Source: a virus
Virus record (IMG/VR): IMGVR_UViG_3300005077_000565
Span: 104,159 to 168,158 of that record
Length of the DNA: 64,000 bases
Strand: one strand, 5' to 3'
Made by a program: the position numbers and the translations under genes. The notes beneath the pieces were generated by a model, which had not been told where the DNA came from, did no database searches, and worked only from the letters and a program-made list of their open reading frames with translations. Of this stretch, positions 37,829-47,860 are shown piece by piece. Position 1 is the first letter of the stretch. The number at the start of each line of letters is the position of its first letter.

Positions 37829-40028
37829 CTAGTACATCCAGTTCAATTACGCTGTGCTCAGCTGAATCGAACAGCATTTTTCTAGCCAGCGGCTTCTTGA
37901 TGTTTTCATTGATTTCGCGTGCCATGGGTCTGGCACCCATTGTGGTACTGAATCCTCGCTCACTCAACCAATCCGTAAGTGCCGGAGTCCAGGTTAGTGT
38001 AATACCACGATCCTTGACCATGTATTTGAGCTCTGATAGGAATTTGTCAGTGACACTATTAATGTTTTCACGTGTTAGACGATTAAACTTAACGATGGCA
38101 TCCAGACGATTGCGGAATTCTGGAGCGAAGAAGCTATTTACTGCTTTATCCTGTGCCCGCTCACGCAATCCTGCACCAAAACCAATGGTTTGACGTTCAC
38201 TATCAGCCGCACCCAAGTTGCTGGTCAAAATAACCACAGCGTTCCTAGCACTTACTGTTTTACCATCACTGCTGGTGACCATGCCGTTGTCCATGACCTG
38301 AAGTAATACGTTCAAAACATCTGGGTGCGCTTTTTCAACTTCGTCCAGCAGCAATACACAGTTGGGGGTCTTTTCTAGTTCGTTAATCAGTTGTCCACTG
38401 CCAGTCTTGCCGTCACCGTGGCCAACATAGCCCGGGGGAGCACCAATCAATTTGGCAACAGTATGGCGCTCCTGATATTCGCTCATGTCAAATCTCACCA
38501 ATGTCATGTTCAGCAGTTCGCTCAGTGCCTTGGCGGTTTCAGTTTTACCAACACCCGTGGGTCCAGTAAACAAGTATGAACCAATGGGCTTGTCTTTGGA
38601 TTTAAGGCCGGCTTTGGTGATATAGATGGCATCAGCCAGACGGTGAATCGCCTCGTCCTGCCCAAACACACGTTCTTTTAGTTTTGATTCAATGTCAACC
38701 ATCGCTGATTCACGACGTTTGGGGTTAACGATCGTGTCCAGTGGAATTCTAGCAATCTTGCTGACTTCAAACTTAATGTCGTCTTCAGTGATCACTGACT
38801 TACGAGTCTCACGATCTGTGATTTTCTGACGTGCAAATGCACTGTCAATTACATCAAACGCCTTGTCGGGTAGCTTCTTGTCATGCAGATATAGCACACT
38901 GAGGTCAACTGCGGCACCAACTGCTTCTGCGGTGATTTCCAGACCATGATAGGATTCGTAGGTTGCAATACTTTGTTTGACAATTTCCTTGGCTTCGGCT
39001 GGACTGGGTTCGGGAACATCAATTTTGTAGAAGCGTCGTGCTAGTGCGCGATCCTTTTCAAACTTTTCTCGATATTCTTCGTAGGTTGTTGACCCAATGC
39101 AACGTAGACGTCCTTTTTGCAGGGCGGGTTTCAGCAAGTTTGCCACATCCATGCTACCACTGCCGGCAGATCCAGCGCCCATGATCATGTGAATTTCGTC
39201 GATGAACAGGATAGCATCATCTCGTTTCTCCAGAACATCTAGAATTTCTTTCATGCGTTCTTCAAAGTCGCCACGATATTTTGTACCTGCCAGCAGTGCA
39301 CCAATGTCTAGACTGTAGACCGTGTGTCCTTGAATTGTTTCCGGCACCTCGGCACGAACGATCCTATCAGCCAGGCCTTCAGCGATGGCAGTTTTACCAA
39401 CACCAGAATCGCCAACTAGAATAATATTATTTTTCTTACGACGAGCCAGAGTCTGAACCAATACTTCAATTTCATGATCGCGGCCGATCAGCGGATCCAG
39501 ACGATTGTGTTCTGCTTCTTTGTTTAGATTAATGGTATATTTGTTTAATACTTTGTCTGGGCTACTGCGCTTGCTCTGTTGTTCAGTGCCAGGCTCAATG
39601 ATAGATCCGTTGTCAGTCAGATATTCAATGATGACTTCACGTGTAAGTCCATACTCATTACAGATATGCGCCGCGGTGCTGTTTCGTTCAGCCAAAATAC
39701 TTAGCAATAAATCCACTGAAGTGATATGTTGCCGTCCAGCAAACAATGCCTGTGTGAATGCTCGGTTAAATGTTCGCTCTAGTGTAATTGTCTTCTTGGG
39801 AGAACGAGCTTCCGTGGTTTTAATTTCGTCCAGCTGTGTTGAAATATAATCGAAAGCATGATCACAAATTGATTGAGAATCGCCGCCCATGCCGGTGATT
39901 AGATCAATAACATCCTGGTCTTCGCACACTACACACAGAATGTGTTCCAGTGTTACATATTCGTGCTCTAAATCTTCGGCAATTTTAAATGCTCGTTTCA
40001 CCAGCACTTCAATTCGTTCATTGGACAT
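37800..40028 (-). CDS. clpA: ATP-dependent Clp protease ATPase subunit ClpA
   Basis: Clp-N domain, two AAA modules ([16 protein letters not shown]), FDMSEY, IGF loop; 742 aa with no M-domain. Confidence 0.92.
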   Translation of the reverse strand: MSNERIEVLVKRAFKIAEDLEHEYVTLEHILCVVCEDQDVIDLITGMGGDSQSICDHAFDYISTQLDEIKTTEARSPKKTITLERTFNRAFTQALFAGRQHITSVDLLLSILAERNSTAAHICNEYGLTREVIIEYLTDNGSIIEPGTEQQSKRSSPDKVLNKYTINLNKEAEHNRLDPLIGRDHEIEVLVQTLARRKKNNIILVGDSGVGKTAIAEGLADRIVRAEVPETIQGHTVYSLDIGALLAGTKYRGDFEERMKEILDVLEKRDDAILFIDEIHMIMGAGSAGSGSMDVANLLKPALQKGRLRCIGSTTYEEYREKFEKDRALARRFYKIDVPEPSPAEAKEIVKQSIATYESYHGLEITAEAVGAAVDLSVLYLHDKKLPDKAFDVIDSAFARQKITDRETRKSVITEDDIKFEVSKIARIPLDTIVNPKRRESAMVDIESKLKERVFGQDEAIHRLADAIYITKAGLKSKDKPIGSYLFTGPTGVGKTETAKALSELLNMTLVRFDMSEYQERHTVAKLIGAPPGYVGHGDGKTGSGQLINELEKTPNCVLLLDEVEKAHPDVLNVLLQVMDNGMVTSSDGKTVSARNAVVILTSNLGAADSERQTIGFGAGLRERAQDKAVNSFFAPEFRNRLDAIVKFNRLTRENINSVTDKFLSELKYMVKDRGITLTWTPALTDWLSERGFSTTMGARPMAREINENIKKPLARKMLFDSAEHSVIELDVLDDQVSIVYK

Positions 40029-40039
40029 CTATATACCTT

Positions 40040-40828
40040 TTATAAGTTGTTGATAGTTGTATTTACATCGGAGATTGATGGAATCAAGATATTAATAATA
40101 ATAATCAGGTCTCCGTTGCGTTTAGTATTGTAAATTGGAAAACCCGACTCGGGTATTCTTAATTTAGTTCCAGGTTGTGTGCCTGCCTTTATTTTAATGG
40201 TAAATTGACGGCCGTCAATACCAGTCACTGTGGTTTCACCACCTATCATGGCTGTTTTTACACCAATAGTGTGCGTGGTATAACAGTTATCTCCATTCCG
40301 AGAAAACACTGGATCAGCCTGTTCGACCACATTGACATATAAATCACCGGGTGGTAGAGCAGCTATGCTGTCGTCCCCGCACCCGCCAAATTTGATTCTA
40401 GCACCATTGGGGATTCCCGGAGGTATAACTATGTGTACAGTTTTACTGCGTCCCTGTCCTAGTTGCACGCTGATGTCTTTGTCGACACCTGTGACGATTT
40501 CTCGTAGTGTAACGTGATAACTTATTTGTGCGTCTCGATTTTTTCTTGGACGTGCCTGCTGATTGAAAAACGAAGAAAATATATCGTTAAAATCGTGAAA
40601 TCCGGACTGTCCGAAACCCCCGGTAAATTTTGGACGACTTGATTCCTGTGACCAGGCCTGACGACTTTCAGCATCCTTGATTAGGTTGTAGGCATCAGAT
40701 ATTTTTTTAAATTGTTCTTCATCACCACCGCGATCTGGATGGTGTTTCATGGCCAATTTACGGTAAGCCTGTTTGATTTCAGCATCTGTGGCGCTCGGCT
40801 GAACACCCAGAATTTCGTAGGGATTCAT
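40040..40828 (-). CDS. dnaJ: DnaJ class B (CbpA-like) co-chaperone
   Basis: J-domain HHPD, G/F linker, C-terminal domain, no Zn finger. Confidence 0.88.
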   Translation of the reverse strand: MNPYEILGVQPSATDAEIKQAYRKLAMKHHPDRGGDEEQFKKISDAYNLIKDAESRQAWSQESSRPKFTGGFGQSGFHDFNDIFSSFFNQQARPRKNRDAQISYHVTLREIVTGVDKDISVQLGQGRSKTVHIVIPPGIPNGARIKFGGCGDDSIAALPPGDLYVNVVEQADPVFSRNGDNCYTTHTIGVKTAMIGGETTVTGIDGRQFTIKIKAGTQPGTKLRIPESGFPIYNTKRNGDLIIIINILIPSISDVNTTINNL

Positions 40829-41307
40829 TAATCAAATAAGCGTTCAAAAAATCCCGGCTCGGGTTTATTAAGCTCTTCGGCAGCTTTTCGATCCTGCAAT
40901 ATTTTTCCGTTGACTGCGTCGATTGCCTGTGTGGATTTTTCGTAGTAGTTTTTGTAGGCGGCAATAATGGCATTTTTTTGTTCCAGAACACGCATTAAGT
41001 CGCTGTTGTTCAAACTCAATGCCTCATAACCGTCATCACTAAGTCCAAACAATACTATATCTTTTTTGTTCTTTGCTAGTTCTTCAAACACCTGTTGATA
41101 ATTTTCACGAGTTATCAGTATCCATTTTACTTCGCGCAACTTAATCTTGTCAGTGTTAGGCAGAGTCAGAGCTGGACGCTCGATGGGTTCAGCGCTGACT
41201 TCGATACGTTTAACTGGTGTACTTGAACAACCACTAGTTAGCAGGGATGTAGTTAGGATTAGCGATGTTAGGACAACTTGAGTTGATTTTGTCTTTAGTT
41301 GTAGCAT
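40828..41307 (-). CDS. putative o-spanin lipoprotein
   Basis: Signal peptide ending LLTSGC, Pro-rich segment; overlaps the upstream gene. Confidence 0.6.
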   Translation of the reverse strand: MLQLKTKSTQVVLTSLILTTSLLTSGCSSTPVKRIEVSAEPIERPALTLPNTDKIKLREVKWILITRENYQQVFEELAKNKKDIVLFGLSDDGYEALSLNNSDLMRVLEQKNAIIAAYKNYYEKSTQAIDAVNGKILQDRKAAEELNKPEPGFFERLFD

Positions 41308-41713
41308 TTCGTTCTTCTTCAGTTAATGGACTTCCACTTAATATTTCAAAGCATCGTTGTGAGTCACGAGTCCCTTTGTTCACTATATTGGCAACAAGAC
41401 CAGGTTTAGCTTCGCCTAGAACACCAATATCGTGTTTACTTAACCTAGACTCTAGGTCTCGTGCACGCTGACGACTTTCTTCGAATTTCTGATTGATCTG
41501 ATCGTTTACAACCTGGGCAGCACGAAGATCACTCTTGATACTTTTTACTGTGGCCTCGTTGGTCTTGACGGCAGTCTCCAAATTGGCATTGTTTTCAGTC
41601 AATACAGCAATTCGTTCTTGTGTGTCTGTGTAATACCGGTAGGCACCGTAACCAGCGCCAAAAAGTACGCCGACAACAATAAAAAATCCATAAATTTTAA
41701 GACCCATGATCAT
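41234..41713 (-). CDS. putative i-spanin
   Basis: N-terminal TM, long coiled coil, C-terminal Cys. Confidence 0.6.
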   Translation of the reverse strand: MIMGLKIYGFFIVVGVLFGAGYGAYRYYTDTQERIAVLTENNANLETAVKTNEATVKSIKSDLRAAQVVNDQINQKFEESRQRARDLESRLSKHDIGVLGEAKPGLVANIVNKGTRDSQRCFEILSGSPLTEEERNATTKDKINSSCPNIANPNYIPAN

Positions 41714-41931
41714 TTATGCCTGTAAATAATTCTTCCCCGTGATAGATCGTAGGGAGTTACTTCAACATCAACACGGTCGCCCAGTAAAATGTTGATGTTA
41801 AACATTCTTATCTTACCACTTATTGTGCCAATTATAACATGTTTTGGCTGATCCAGCAATATCTTGAACATGGCATTTGGCAGACATTCTACTACTTTAC
41901 CTGATACTGTTATTGATTGTTCTTTGGCCAT
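41710..41931 (-). CDS. infA: translation initiation factor IF-1
   Basis: MAKE..I...[12 protein letters not shown]...[29 protein letters not shown]. Confidence 0.95.
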   Translation of the reverse strand: MAKEQSITVSGKVVECLPNAMFKILLDQPKHVIIGTISGKIRMFNINILLGDRVDVEVTPYDLSRGRIIYRHK

Positions 41932-42431
41932 CAGTAATTAAGTAAAAATTCAATACGCTCACGCACAGCCTGCTCGGAAGTTTTCTCAAATTTTGAACGA
42001 TAAGCTGCAGGATCGGAAATGACATCTCGGTTGAATCGTTCCTGGTCAAAGGGTCTTGGCTCGTCTAATTTATAGGCAGTAAATTTCCAGTTTTCTTCTT
42101 CGCTGGTAATTTTGTTGATGTGGTCCAGCAGGCTCTTTATGTTTTTAAACAGATCACGATCGCGTGAGAATTCTACAAATACTTTATAGACACCCTGTTC
42201 ATTAGGAGCAGGACTGACTTCGACATCTAGATGATCCACTGGACTAGTCTCAATAAAATTACTGAGATCATGTGCGGGTTTTTCGTAGGTAACGCTGAGT
42301 GCGACCACTACAGTTTCAGCGTCGGCACCGATTTTGGGTTGATATTGATCAATACTGACCACACTGGAAACTAGACCCTGCATTTCGCCATACTCAAGGC
42401 CTTCACTGATATTTTTAGATTGTGTTGTCAT
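41931..42431 (-). CDS. conserved phage hypothetical protein
   Basis: NISEGL...[10 protein letters not shown]. Start adjusted to MTTQS. Confidence 0.65.
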   Translation of the reverse strand: MTTQSKNISEGLEYGEMQGLVSSVVSIDQYQPKIGADAETVVVALSVTYEKPAHDLSNFIETSPVDHLDVEVSPAPNEQGVYKVFVEFSRDRDLFKNIKSLLDHINKITSEEENWKFTAYKLDEPRPFDQERFNRDVISDPAAYRSKFEKTSEQAVRERIEFLLNY

Positions 42432-42954
42432 CTTCTTCACCTTTGACTTCTTTGGCACTGTCCAGGCCCTGCTCGTAGGCATCGCTTACGTCAGTCATGT
42501 CAATTTCAGTACCATTGATATTGATCTTCTCGCTCTTGAACTCGTCGACGAAATGTCTGGGCATGGCGATCTTGACCAACCATACCTTCTGTTTTACTTT
42601 TTTAGGTTTGTGCTCTCCGTCGGGTCTGGCTTCAAGATCATCTGGAGACTTGATGTCCACACTTACGATATAGTCTTCTTTCTGGAAAAATACATAGCAT
42701 CCATGCTTGGTCAGTCGCAGTGCCCCATCGGGGTCCGGCATCTTACGTTCGGGATACATCAACGTAACTTCAATCCAGTAACGGCTAATATCCGGACCTT
42801 GAACCACTTCACCGGAGCTCCAGTTTTGGTATGCGTATACATGCAGACTATCGAGAACACTTTCAAATTCCAATAGCATGTCCAGAGCGCTGTTGCCGTC
42901 GTAAATGTTGGAGATAGTATCTCGAATAGATTTTGAATCAATCATCTTAAACAC
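42415..42954 (-). CDS. conserved phage hypothetical protein
   Basis: YAYQNW..GEVV.GP...RYW...MPDPDG; TAAATA upstream. Confidence 0.7.
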   Translation of the reverse strand: MFKMIDSKSIRDTISNIYDGNSALDMLLEFESVLDSLHVYAYQNWSSGEVVQGPDISRYWIEVTLMYPERKMPDPDGALRLTKHGCYVFFQKEDYIVSVDIKSPDDLEARPDGEHKPKKVKQKVWLVKIAMPRHFVDEFKSEKININGTEIDMTDVSDAYEQGLDSAKEVKGEEDDNTI

Positions 42955-43107
42955 CTAAAAAATTGTTATCTACTATTTATACTCAGCCTTCAGAATAACA
43001 TTTTTAGTATAGTATCAGTTAATAAAACCGTCAATCTGTTAAATATTATAGAACGAACTGGGCTCATGATCTAGCATTTAAAAAACTATACTGAAGGAGA
43101 GCATATA

Positions 43108-43839
43108 GTGAGCAGAAGAGCTAGAAAAACCAAACCGTTCGAAACACAAGAGCAAGTGATAGACTTTGGGAAATATAAAAGACGTCATTCTCAGGTAAAC
43201 ATATTACCTAAGAATCTGGCACAGGAGGAATACTTGGCGTTATTAGACGACAGTACTAAAAATATTGTTTTTGCCACCGGCCCAGCTGGTACAGGTAAAA
43301 CTATGTTAGCGGTTCTGGCCGCCGTACGTGCGCTAAGATCCGGTGAATGTGAGAAAATTGTAATCACACGACCAGCGGTCAGTGTAGATGAACAACACGG
43401 CTTTTTACCCGGTACATTACTAGAAAAAATGGCTCCGTGGACTAGACCAATCTTCGATGTCATCGAAGAATATTACTCTCCAAAAGACATCACGACGATG
43501 ATCGAGGACGGTGTACTCGAAGTTGCACCGCTTGCATACATGCGTGGACGGACATTTAAAAATGCCTGGATAATCGCAGATGAAATGCAAAATGCCACAC
43601 CAAACCAGATGAAGATGTTACTGACCCGAATCGGGCAGGGCAGTCGAATTGTGGTTACTGGAGACTTAGCTCAACACGATAGGGGGTATGACGATAACGG
43701 ACTCAAAGAGTTCATGAGTCTGCTAAAGCTGTCCGATACACGTAGGATCGGATATGTAGAGTTTGAACAACGTGATGTTGAAAGACATCCAGCTGTTCAA
43801 GAAGTATTAACTATCTACGGTGACGAAACTATTAATTAA
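43108..43839 (+). CDS. phoH: PhoH-like ATPase
   Basis: GPAGTGKT, GFLPG, YMRGRTF, DEMQN, TGDLAQ. Confidence 0.95.
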   Translation: MSRRARKTKPFETQEQVIDFGKYKRRHSQVNILPKNLAQEEYLALLDDSTKNIVFATGPAGTGKTMLAVLAAVRALRSGECEKIVITRPAVSVDEQHGFLPGTLLEKMAPWTRPIFDVIEEYYSPKDITTMIEDGVLEVAPLAYMRGRTFKNAWIIADEMQNATPNQMKMLLTRIGQGSRIVVTGDLAQHDRGYDDNGLKEFMSLLKLSDTRRIGYVEFEQRDVERHPAVQEVLTIYGDETIN

Positions 43840-44450
43840 GCGACGATAACTTCACGGATCTGAGCCCAGTTTTTCGCTTTAATAATTCGATCATCGTCAC
43901 AATCTTGGTTGTGGTTATGCTGAATCAGCACACTTCTAAGTCCTAGGTCGGCGCCCAGTATGGCGTTTTCGGTCTTGTCTTCAATCCAAAAAACGTTGGT
44001 ACCAGCATAAATTTCCAGTGCCTGATTCTTGTCTGCACCGGTGTCCAGACACACTACATCCAGGAACGCACGTTTACCAAAAACACGTTCTAGATTTTCT
44101 ACACGCAGACGTTTGGCGTAGGGGTCTAAACTTAGACTGGTGATACAGACGAATTGATATCCTTCAGCAACCAGTTGCTTGACTACACTTTGTGCGTCAC
44201 GGAAAGGATCCAGACAGCACATCCAGGCACTGTTGTTAAACTCACAAATCAGACGCTTGGCTTCTTTTTTAGCCATGCCGTAGATGCGTTCCACTTCATA
44301 AAACTGATTGCCAGTGACTCGGTCATAGCCTTTGGATTCCATCCAGGCATGATATGCAGTTTCCCAGTCTAGCAATACACCATCACAATCAGTTAAAATT
44401 AGACGATTTTCTGCTAGTGCTTTCTGAATACGTTTTGATTTAATTTTCAT
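43836..44450 (-). CDS. HAD-superfamily 5'-nucleotidase-like phosphatase
   Basis: TDCDGVL, ITS, WIEDK. Confidence 0.75.
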   Translation of the reverse strand: MKIKSKRIQKALAENRLILTDCDGVLLDWETAYHAWMESKGYDRVTGNQFYEVERIYGMAKKEAKRLICEFNNSAWMCCLDPFRDAQSVVKQLVAEGYQFVCITSLSLDPYAKRLRVENLERVFGKRAFLDVVCLDTGADKNQALEIYAGTNVFWIEDKTENAILGADLGLRSVLIQHNHNQDCDDDRIIKAKNWAQIREVIVA

Positions 44451-44456
44451 ATTACC

Positions 44457-44485
44457 AGTATAAAGTAAAATGCTTTACTTGTCAA
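44457..44485 (-). promoter_or_regulatory. sigma70-type promoter with a palindromic site in its spacer
   Basis: TTGACA-N17-TATACT; spacer carries AAGTAAA-ATGC-TTTACTT. Confidence 0.65.
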
Positions 44486-44924
44486 ATTGATTACTGGGGG
44501 TCAGGTGGTCGCCATTTTCAATAGTCTTGATGGCATGGCAATTATGACACAATGTACGCAGATTGTCGGGATCGTTGTTGGCATGGTTGCCGTCAATATG
44601 ATCCACAGTCAGTGCACTGCGAATCAGTGTGTTGTACATTTTAGGGTCACTGTCTTTATATTTGGCGATACGTGGTTGTTCGGCTGGGTTGTATCCGCAC
44701 TCCTGGCAGCACTCTACTCGAGCGTGACTATAAATTTTTCCAGTGGTGGCCAGGCCACCAAACTCGCTGAAGTTACGCTGATGAGCATCACAGTAGTCGC
44801 TCTCGCCGGGCCCTTTCCAGAGCGTCAGGTGTTGTCCACAGCCAGGTACTTTGCAAATACTGCGCATGGCTATGCGCATTTCGTTGGTATTTTTACGTTG
44901 GCGTTCTGCGGCATTCCTGATCAT
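44475..44924 (-). CDS. HNH endonuclease with Zn-binding Cys pairs
   Basis: CQECG...TVDHIDGNHANNDPDNLRTLCHNCH. Confidence 0.85.
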   Translation of the reverse strand: MIRNAAERQRKNTNEMRIAMRSICKVPGCGQHLTLWKGPGESDYCDAHQRNFSEFGGLATTGKIYSHARVECCQECGYNPAEQPRIAKYKDSDPKMYNTLIRSALTVDHIDGNHANNDPDNLRTLCHNCHAIKTIENGDHLTPSNQFDK

Positions 44925-46090
44925 TGCAGAGTCTCCTGATCAAATTCATAGTGTTCAGGGAAGGACGGAAGCGTAAATTTAAATCCGTGTTTGGCCAAGA
45001 CCTGTTTGATCCAGTCTGGTGCTACCTTGGTCTGATTACAACGATAAGTCTGGCCAGGGTTGAGACGCCCGGCAGCCTTTTCACGATCAACGTAACTCTG
45101 GTAGGCATCCTGAACTTTACGATGTTTGATACTTCCCACTGCCCAGGTATTCTGTGTAACCCTGGACATAATACGTGCTATTTCCTGCAGGTATTCATCG
45201 GTGACTTTGATGCCATCGTTCATACACTGCCGGACAAACACGCTCATGTTATCAATTTCCAGAGCAATAAACGGCTGGTCATTGTTGGTGATACTGTGAT
45301 AGTACATCACACGTTCAAACACTTCCACGGGGAAATTTCGATTAAACACTTCAGTCATACGTGACCAAGCACCAGCACGTTTTTCATCACCAAACTTTTC
45401 ATCAGTGGCAAAGAAGTGATATTTTTCAAAATACGTCTGCATGGTGTAGCATCGCTGATTCCAGAAATCCTGTACATTATCGTGACGCATGCCGGCGACA
45501 TACTGTTTGTAGAGGTCAATGTTGTCCAGTTTTTTGCTGGTTTTACCGCTGTTAAATTCAATGAAACGTTTACGAATTGCCGAGCGATCGTCTCCAGGGT
45601 ATTCGTCAATGGGCAGTGTTACATCCTTGGCGTCTAGGCCAAAACCATATACTCCGATGACATAGATAGCCAGAGCAGTGTGTTGTCCGTCCCAGGCAAC
45701 CTGCATGTCAAAGCGTCCATCTTTGCGGTGACTATCGCGATAAGTGCGTACACGGTTAACATAGGTAGGATCAAATCCACCTACAATGTTCAGCAGGTTT
45801 TCATGATCGGGCCAGCGTTGCATGGTGTCGTTGATTTCAACGTCCAGGATTTTGTAAAACTCCTTGATACCCATGCCCACCATGTCCCGAGTCATGGCCT
45901 CATAGGTGTCGTAACCCAGAGCAGCCACCATTCCCTGGGCCAGTGATTTTAGCATTGGCAAGAGTTCAGGATCTCGCTGACACATTTCATCCAGACGTTC
46001 GGGGATTGAAATGAATTTATCCTCGTCGCTGTGATACAAGTCGTTGATGCGATCCTGATATGAAGTGATGTCTTTGGCGGTCACTGGCAA
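44921..46090 (-). CDS. ParB-like (DGQH motif) domain protein
   Basis: MQR...VAWDGQHTALA...RFIEFNS; own promoter and AGGAG SD. Confidence 0.6.
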   Translation of the reverse strand: MPVTAKDITSYQDRINDLYHSDEDKFISIPERLDEMCQRDPELLPMLKSLAQGMVAALGYDTYEAMTRDMVGMGIKEFYKILDVEINDTMQRWPDHENLLNIVGGFDPTYVNRVRTYRDSHRKDGRFDMQVAWDGQHTALAIYVIGVYGFGLDAKDVTLPIDEYPGDDRSAIRKRFIEFNSGKTSKKLDNIDLYKQYVAGMRHDNVQDFWNQRCYTMQTYFEKYHFFATDEKFGDEKRAGAWSRMTEVFNRNFPVEVFERVMYYHSITNNDQPFIALEIDNMSVFVRQCMNDGIKVTDEYLQEIARIMSRVTQNTWAVGSIKHRKVQDAYQSYVDREKAAGRLNPGQTYRCNQTKVAPDWIKQVLAKHGFKFTLPSFPEHYEFDQETLQ

Positions 46091-46117
46091 CTCCTGTTGT
46101 TTACTTACTATACCTTT

Positions 46118-46146
46118 ATTGTAGCAAACCCCTGATTTATTGTCAA
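46118..46146 (-). promoter_or_regulatory. sigma70-type promoter
   Basis: TTGACA-N17-TACAAT with extended TG. Confidence 0.75.
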
Positions 46147-46159
46147 ATTGGTAGATTCA

Positions 46160-46222
46160 AGGTAAAATGCCTTAGGCATTTTACTTGTAAAGTAAAGCAT
46201 ATTACCTTAAAGGTAAAACGTT
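46160..46222. repeat. cluster of GTAAAATGC-type palindromic sites
   Basis: GTAAAATGCCT-T-AGGCATTTTAC palindrome; 46185-46209 is a 21/25 inverted copy of 44461-44485. Confidence 0.7.
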
Positions 46223-46437
46223 TAGGAAAACAATGCTGGTTTTTTGTATTCAGAAATTTTTGTTTTAGTTTCTGAACTTTCAAAAGCTCGATCCAGTTTT
46301 GTTAGATACTGGTTAACTTCTTTTATGGTAAGATCAGATAGTTTAACTGGTAATACAAATTCCAGATATTCCCGTGTCCTGCGATCTATGTCGTCTAGAC
46401 TTTTATACTGATATTTTACTGCTGACATATTACGCAC
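46222..46437 (-). CDS. hypothetical protein
   Basis: 71 aa ORF. Confidence 0.55.
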   Translation of the reverse strand: MRNMSAVKYQYKSLDDIDRRTREYLEFVLPVKLSDLTIKEVNQYLTKLDRAFESSETKTKISEYKKPALFS

Positions 46438-47020
46438 TGTATGATTTCAAATCATTTACTACACGTGACCAGACGTCTGAATTCGGTGCCTGCTCATGAA
46501 TGTCCTCGAAAATACGATCATTGATTTGTTCAGACAATACTCTCTCCACCATCTGATTTAGTGTAATGTCATGCTCATGTGCTAGTGTCATCAATTTAAA
46601 CAGAGATTCGCGATCCAAGTCCAGTGGTACTTCAACACGAGTGTCATATTCTTGACCTAGAAAGATAGCACGAGCTTTGGCATAGTAATCTTCGGCAGTT
46701 TCTAGGTCAATGTATCGTACATGGTCGTAGGCCACATCAACATCCACTTTGCGACGGGTCGCTTCTTCGCGATATGCCTTCGCATAGTCGGGATTGATCC
46801 AGCGATAACTGCGTTCACGTTGGTTGTCATGTGCGGACATTTCAAACACTTCCTGAGTCACCGTGTCAAAGACAATGCTGAAACTACGTCCAGTTTCGTG
46901 TTCGCCGTTCCAGCTTTCAATACTGTAGGCATTGGGACCGAATGAATTCCAGTAATATTCTGATCCTTCAGTAATTCGACAAACGATGATGTCTAAAAAT
47001 TCTTTAAGTGTTGCTGACAT
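46430..47020 (-). CDS. conserved phage hypothetical protein with C-terminal HicB/RHH-like segment
   Basis: AHEHDITLNQMVERVL. Confidence 0.65.
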   Translation of the reverse strand: MSATLKEFLDIIVCRITEGSEYYWNSFGPNAYSIESWNGEHETGRSFSIVFDTVTQEVFEMSAHDNQRERSYRWINPDYAKAYREEATRRKVDVDVAYDHVRYIDLETAEDYYAKARAIFLGQEYDTRVEVPLDLDRESLFKLMTLAHEHDITLNQMVERVLSEQINDRIFEDIHEQAPNSDVWSRVVNDLKSYSA

Positions 47021-47032
47021 GATAGTGATACC

Positions 47033-47290
47033 TTAATCTTTGATAAATTCTGGAAAAACTTCGGGATGTTCTTTAATGATTTTAAAAATAAACGACATTT
47101 CCTCAATAGTAAATTCAGAAACTGGCTTCCCTTCGGGCGCACCGGCCGCGGTTAACTCACTGCCAATACTACAGATTTTATTGCCCAGTTCGCAATCAGT
47201 TTCGGCGGTTCCAATGTCCATGATGCGTCGTCCAATACTGCAAAGTACACGCTCGCGTTCGGTAATTTCTGAGTTTCTAATAGTAGTCAT
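47033..47290 (-). CDS. hypothetical protein
   Basis: 85 aa with AAGGA SD. Confidence 0.6.
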   Translation of the reverse strand: MTTIRNSEITERERVLCSIGRRIMDIGTAETDCELGNKICSIGSELTAAGAPEGKPVSEFTIEEMSFIFKIIKEHPEVFPEFIKD

Positions 47291-47349
47291 TTAAGTTCCT
47301 TGGATTGAATATTTTCTACAATGTTGATTTTATGCGCACAAACGCCGCA

Positions 47350-47859
47350 TTATTCTTCCTCGAATTCTGAGACATTACCATCTTCGTCGGCAATAATGAT
47401 TCGACGGAAACCACCTTCACCTTCGATTACAATAGGTCCCCAGATGTAGGTTGCACCATCACCTTGATACCAACCTTCTTCTTCGATGGCATAAAAGCCT
47501 TCTTCATCAATTAGTGCTTCGAGACGCTCACGTTCTTCTTCATCTAGATCTTCGGGCCACTCAATATCTTCCCAGCAGCCATCCCAGGTTTCGTTGAGTT
47601 CAACTTCTTCAATGTTGTTGCCGTAGGCATCGTAGATACTGATGCTGTCAGTTTTACCATCTCCGGGATTGCCATCGTTAGTGTAGACAGTCCATGATCC
47701 GCCACGCCAGCCAGTTTTGCGAACAACGGTCATACCGTCATTGGTATATTCTTCGTGTTCCTCGATAGACTTTTTGTAGTAGGTACTTACAGTCCAGGCA
47801 GTGAGTTCTTTTTTCTCTTCTGGTTTGTCAGTTGCTTCGGGTCCGTTGGGCCATGCCAT
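47350..47859 (-). CDS. acidic hypothetical protein
   Basis: 169 aa, Glu/Asp/Trp-rich. Confidence 0.7.
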   Translation of the reverse strand: MAWPNGPEATDKPEEKKELTAWTVSTYYKKSIEEHEEYTNDGMTVVRKTGWRGGSWTVYTNDGNPGDGKTDSISIYDAYGNNIEEVELNETWDGCWEDIEWPEDLDEEERERLEALIDEEGFYAIEEEGWYQGDGATYIWGPIVIEGEGGFRRIIIADEDGNVSEFEEE

Positions 47860-47860
47860 G

